Shown here piece by piece: positions 61,599 to 64,000 of a stretch of 64,000 bases of DNA. The DNA lies in NCBI GenBank assembly GCA_964347045.1, contig CAYFXC010000002.1, positions 64,001 through 128,000 on the forward strand, read 5' to 3'. The translations under genes and the position numbers were made by a program. This stretch comes from an uncultured archaeon. Lineage in GTDB: Archaea > Asgardarchaeota > Hermodarchaeia > Hermodarchaeales > Hermodarchaeaceae. Below the pieces are notes generated by a model that saw nothing but the letters and a program-made list of their open reading frames with translations, did not search any database and was not told the DNA's origin. Numbering within the stretch: the first letter of the stretch is position 1; every line of letters starts with the position of its first letter.

Positions 61599-62456
61599 TT
61601 AAAATCCAGAGATTTCGTACCGGTCACCAAGTCGTTCTCTTTTTTTATCTTCTTTGCTACGCCATTCCTCTATGAATTGTTGTATTTTTTGTTGTAGTGT
61701 ACTATTTGGTGATTGGGCTATCCAGTCAAGAGAGATATGGACATGATCACCTCGAAGGACAATGGTTCGGGCTACGGCATCATAGTAGCCTCCTTGCCCT
61801 TTCTTGCTAAGGTATGCTATGAAATTAGTAAATTCTGTTTGAGCTTTTTTGCTATAACTTTGAAGCATGCTTTCAGGAACAACCAACATTTGGGTGTTAA
61901 TCCGTTTCCCAACAAGCTGGTAGATGGCGGTTTCCGTCGTTGCTTCATGTTTAACCCCACTTTCAAGTAATGTGAAGAAGTCGATTGGCCCAGAGAAACA
62001 GTTTTTAAAAAAGTCATGGCTAGTGCGTTGAAAATCTAATAGTTCCCCAGTGGCTTTGATGTAGACGACTTCGTTTACGCCATCAGAACGTTCAATAGCT
62101 AGATTCATGTGTTTTTTCCATTTAGTATAGCTTTCAGGATGTTCTTGAAGTTCTGGAAGAAAGACTAGGGGGATATTGAAGAACACCTTGCTATGTTTGA
62201 GTGCTTTTTCTAATTCTCCACTATATGGTTCTGGGGGTGGTAGACCTTCGATTTCAGCGACAAAAGAAGCCCGGAAGCTTGTGAGTATGAAATGTCCATC
62301 TTGTCCTTTCACCATTATTGGTTGGGTACCAGCGCGCACACCTTTCGCTATCTTTGCTTTGGCTACTAAGAGTAGCGTTTCTCCAGCTTTTGGAAGAATA
62401 CTTTTTACAAGGGTTAATTTTTCAGATGGTTCTAGTTCCCAGGTCAACACGATCAA
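61599..62456 (-). CDS. hypothetical; PH/GRAM-like N-terminus, possible winged-helix C-terminus
   Basis: GETLLL...GHFILTSFRASF resembles GRAM/PH strands; FIAYLSKKGQGGYYDA.ARTIVL resembles WH wing. Confidence 0.4.
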   Translation of the reverse strand: MIVLTWELEPSEKLTLVKSILPKAGETLLLVAKAKIAKGVRAGTQPIMVKGQDGHFILTSFRASFVAEIEGLPPPEPYSGELEKALKHSKVFFNIPLVFLPELQEHPESYTKWKKHMNLAIERSDGVNEVVYIKATGELLDFQRTSHDFFKNCFSGPIDFFTLLESGVKHEATTETAIYQLVGKRINTQMLVVPESMLQSYSKKAQTEFTNFIAYLSKKGQGGYYDAVARTIVLRGDHVHISLDWIAQSPNSTLQQKIQQFIEEWRSKEDKKRERLGDRYEISGF

Positions 62457-62497
62457 CCTTCATTTCTTTTATTGTAGAGGTCTTGATTATTTGATTA

Positions 62498-64000
62498 TTA
62501 CCCAAGGAATTGGGTAGCGAATAGTGTGAACTTTTCCATGATTTCTTGTGTTATGCTTGGCTGGGTGGAAGTAATGGCTTCTTGGAAGTGTGACATATTA
62601 ACAAGTGAGGCTTCGAGGTTTTTACGCAAAACTGCCAAGACTGCTTTACGGCAAACGTTTTGAATATCTGCGCCTGAGAACCCTTCGGTTACCAAAGCTA
62701 ATTGATCTATTTCTACATCATCGGCTAAAGGCATATTCCGAGTGTGCACGGAGAAAATGGCTTGACGAGTTGCCAAATTGGGAGGGGGGGTAAAAATGAA
62801 TATATCAAATCGTCCAGGTCGTAATAGAGCTGTATCAATCATGTCAGGGCGATTTGTCGCGGCTAAAACTACGACGCCTTCAAGTTCTTCCATTCCGTCC
62901 ATTTCAACCAGCAATTGATTAACGATACGTTCACTAACTCGACTATCATATCCAGATCCACGGCGTGGAGCGATGTTATCAAGTTCATCAATAAATAGGA
63001 TAGATGGTGCCGCCTGACGTGCGCGTCTAAAAATTTCAGCGATGATTTTTTCTGATTCACCCACCCATTTACTCATTACCTCTGCACCGCGGATACTGAT
63101 GAAATTTGCCTGACTTTCAGTAGCTACTGCTTTTGCAAGAAGGGTTTTTCCAGTTCCAGGAGGACCAAAGAGAAGAACGCCTTTTGGAGGATTGATATTG
63201 AAACGGGAAAAAACATCGGGTCGACTAATTGGTAATTCGACAGCTTCACGTAACGCCTGTTTTGCCTCTTCCATGCCTCCAACATCATCCCATCGAACCA
63301 TAGGAACATCAATAGCAATTTCCCGAAGGGCCGATGGTTCGATAACTTGACGTGCAGATTTGAAATCGTTGGATGAAACAACAATCTGGTTTATCACATC
63401 TGGAGGGACCTGCATTTGCTGTTCCTCGATTTTTGGTAGCATTCGCCGAAGCGCACCCAATGCAGCTTCCTTAACTAAAAAGGCTAAATCTGAACCCACA
63501 AACCCATAGGTGCCTTGAGCGATTTGCTCTAAATCCACGGATTCGTCAAGAGGCACTCCGCGTGTATGGACTCGAAGAATATCGTACCGCCCACGAGTAT
63601 CAGGAACTGTAATGTGGATCTCACGGTCAAACCGGCCTGGTCGTCGAAGTGCGGGATCAACAGCTTCTAACCGATTAGTGGCCGCGAGTACAAAAACTTG
63701 ATCTCGATCTTGAAGCCCATCCATAAGAGTCAAAAGTTGTGCAACAATACGACTTTCCATACCTCCCGATTCTCGTCTAGCAGCAATAGCATCAATTTCA
63801 TCGATAAAAATAATTGCAGGCTTGTTCTTTTCGGCTTCCTGAAAGGCGTCTCTTAGAAATTTTTCGGATTCCCCGTAGTATTGACTAACGATTTCTGGAC
63901 CGTTTATAGCACGAAAGAAAGCTTCACTTTCTGTTGCAACAGTTTTTGCCAAAAGAGTTTTACCACAACCTGGAGGTCCATGGAGAAGAATACCACGGGG
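62498..64000 (-). CDS. cdc48: Cdc48/VCP AAA+ ATPase, 5' end outside window
   Basis: D1 GPPGCGKT, FIDEID, ALRRPGRFD; D2 GPPGTGKT, FIDELD, ALLRPGRFD. Confidence 0.95.
   Translation of the reverse strand, partial: PRGILLHGPPGCGKTLLAKTVATESEAFFRAINGPEIVSQYYGESEKFLRDAFQEAEKNKPAIIFIDEIDAIAARRESGGMESRIVAQLLTLMDGLQDRDQVFVLAATNRLEAVDPALRRPGRFDREIHITVPDTRGRYDILRVHTRGVPLDESVDLEQIAQGTYGFVGSDLAFLVKEAALGALRRMLPKIEEQQMQVPPDVINQIVVSSNDFKSARQVIEPSALREIAIDVPMVRWDDVGGMEEAKQALREAVELPISRPDVFSRFNINPPKGVLLFGPPGTGKTLLAKAVATESQANFISIRGAEVMSKWVGESEKIIAEIFRRARQAAPSILFIDELDNIAPRRGSGYDSRVSERIVNQLLVEMDGMEELEGVVVLAATNRPDMIDTALLRPGRFDIFIFTPPPNLATRQAIFSVHTRNMPLADDVEIDQLALVTEGFSGADIQNVCRKAVLAVLRKNLEASLVNMSHFQEAITSTQPSITQEIMEKFTLFATQFLG

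Noticed and set aside
2099-63384. Numerous short antisense or alternate-frame ORFs in the track
   Set aside because: Shadows of well-supported genes, with no motifs of their own

Overview
Archaeal chromosomal window, probably from an Asgard-type anaerobic heterotroph (inferred from a longin-like protein, V4R protein, large FtsX-type permease, tandem double-HTH Lrp/AsnC regulators, Cdc48 and archaeal SD motifs). Most of it is acyl-CoA/peptide fermentation machinery: 2-oxoacid:ferredoxin oxidoreductase, a beta-oxidation operon, two B12 acyl-CoA mutase large subunits (one MCM-type Y/R, one ICM-type F/Q) with one small subunit, MeaB, CobO, epimerase, a biotin-dependent transcarboxylase-like trio plus BirA, ferredoxin-fused ETF, acyl-CoA dehydrogenase and tungsten FOR. 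An O2-defence cluster (rubrerythrin, rubredoxin, PC4, desulfoferrodoxin) sits inside this region. The first 2 kb hold decayed genes. The most striking unexplained signal is in two apparently empty regions (46.0-46.9 kb, 52.3-53.3 kb). They encode three paralogous 46-47 aa basic peptides not called as such in the ORF track. Each has an SD, an identical 11-bp upstream motif (GCTCCCATCGA on the minus strand) and a structured 3' region, and together they bracket a cytoplasmic subtilase and two Lrp-like regulators. A Cdc48 - PH/WH-like - SPFH - V4R gene string ends the window. No rRNA, tRNA, CRISPR array or transposase was recognised.
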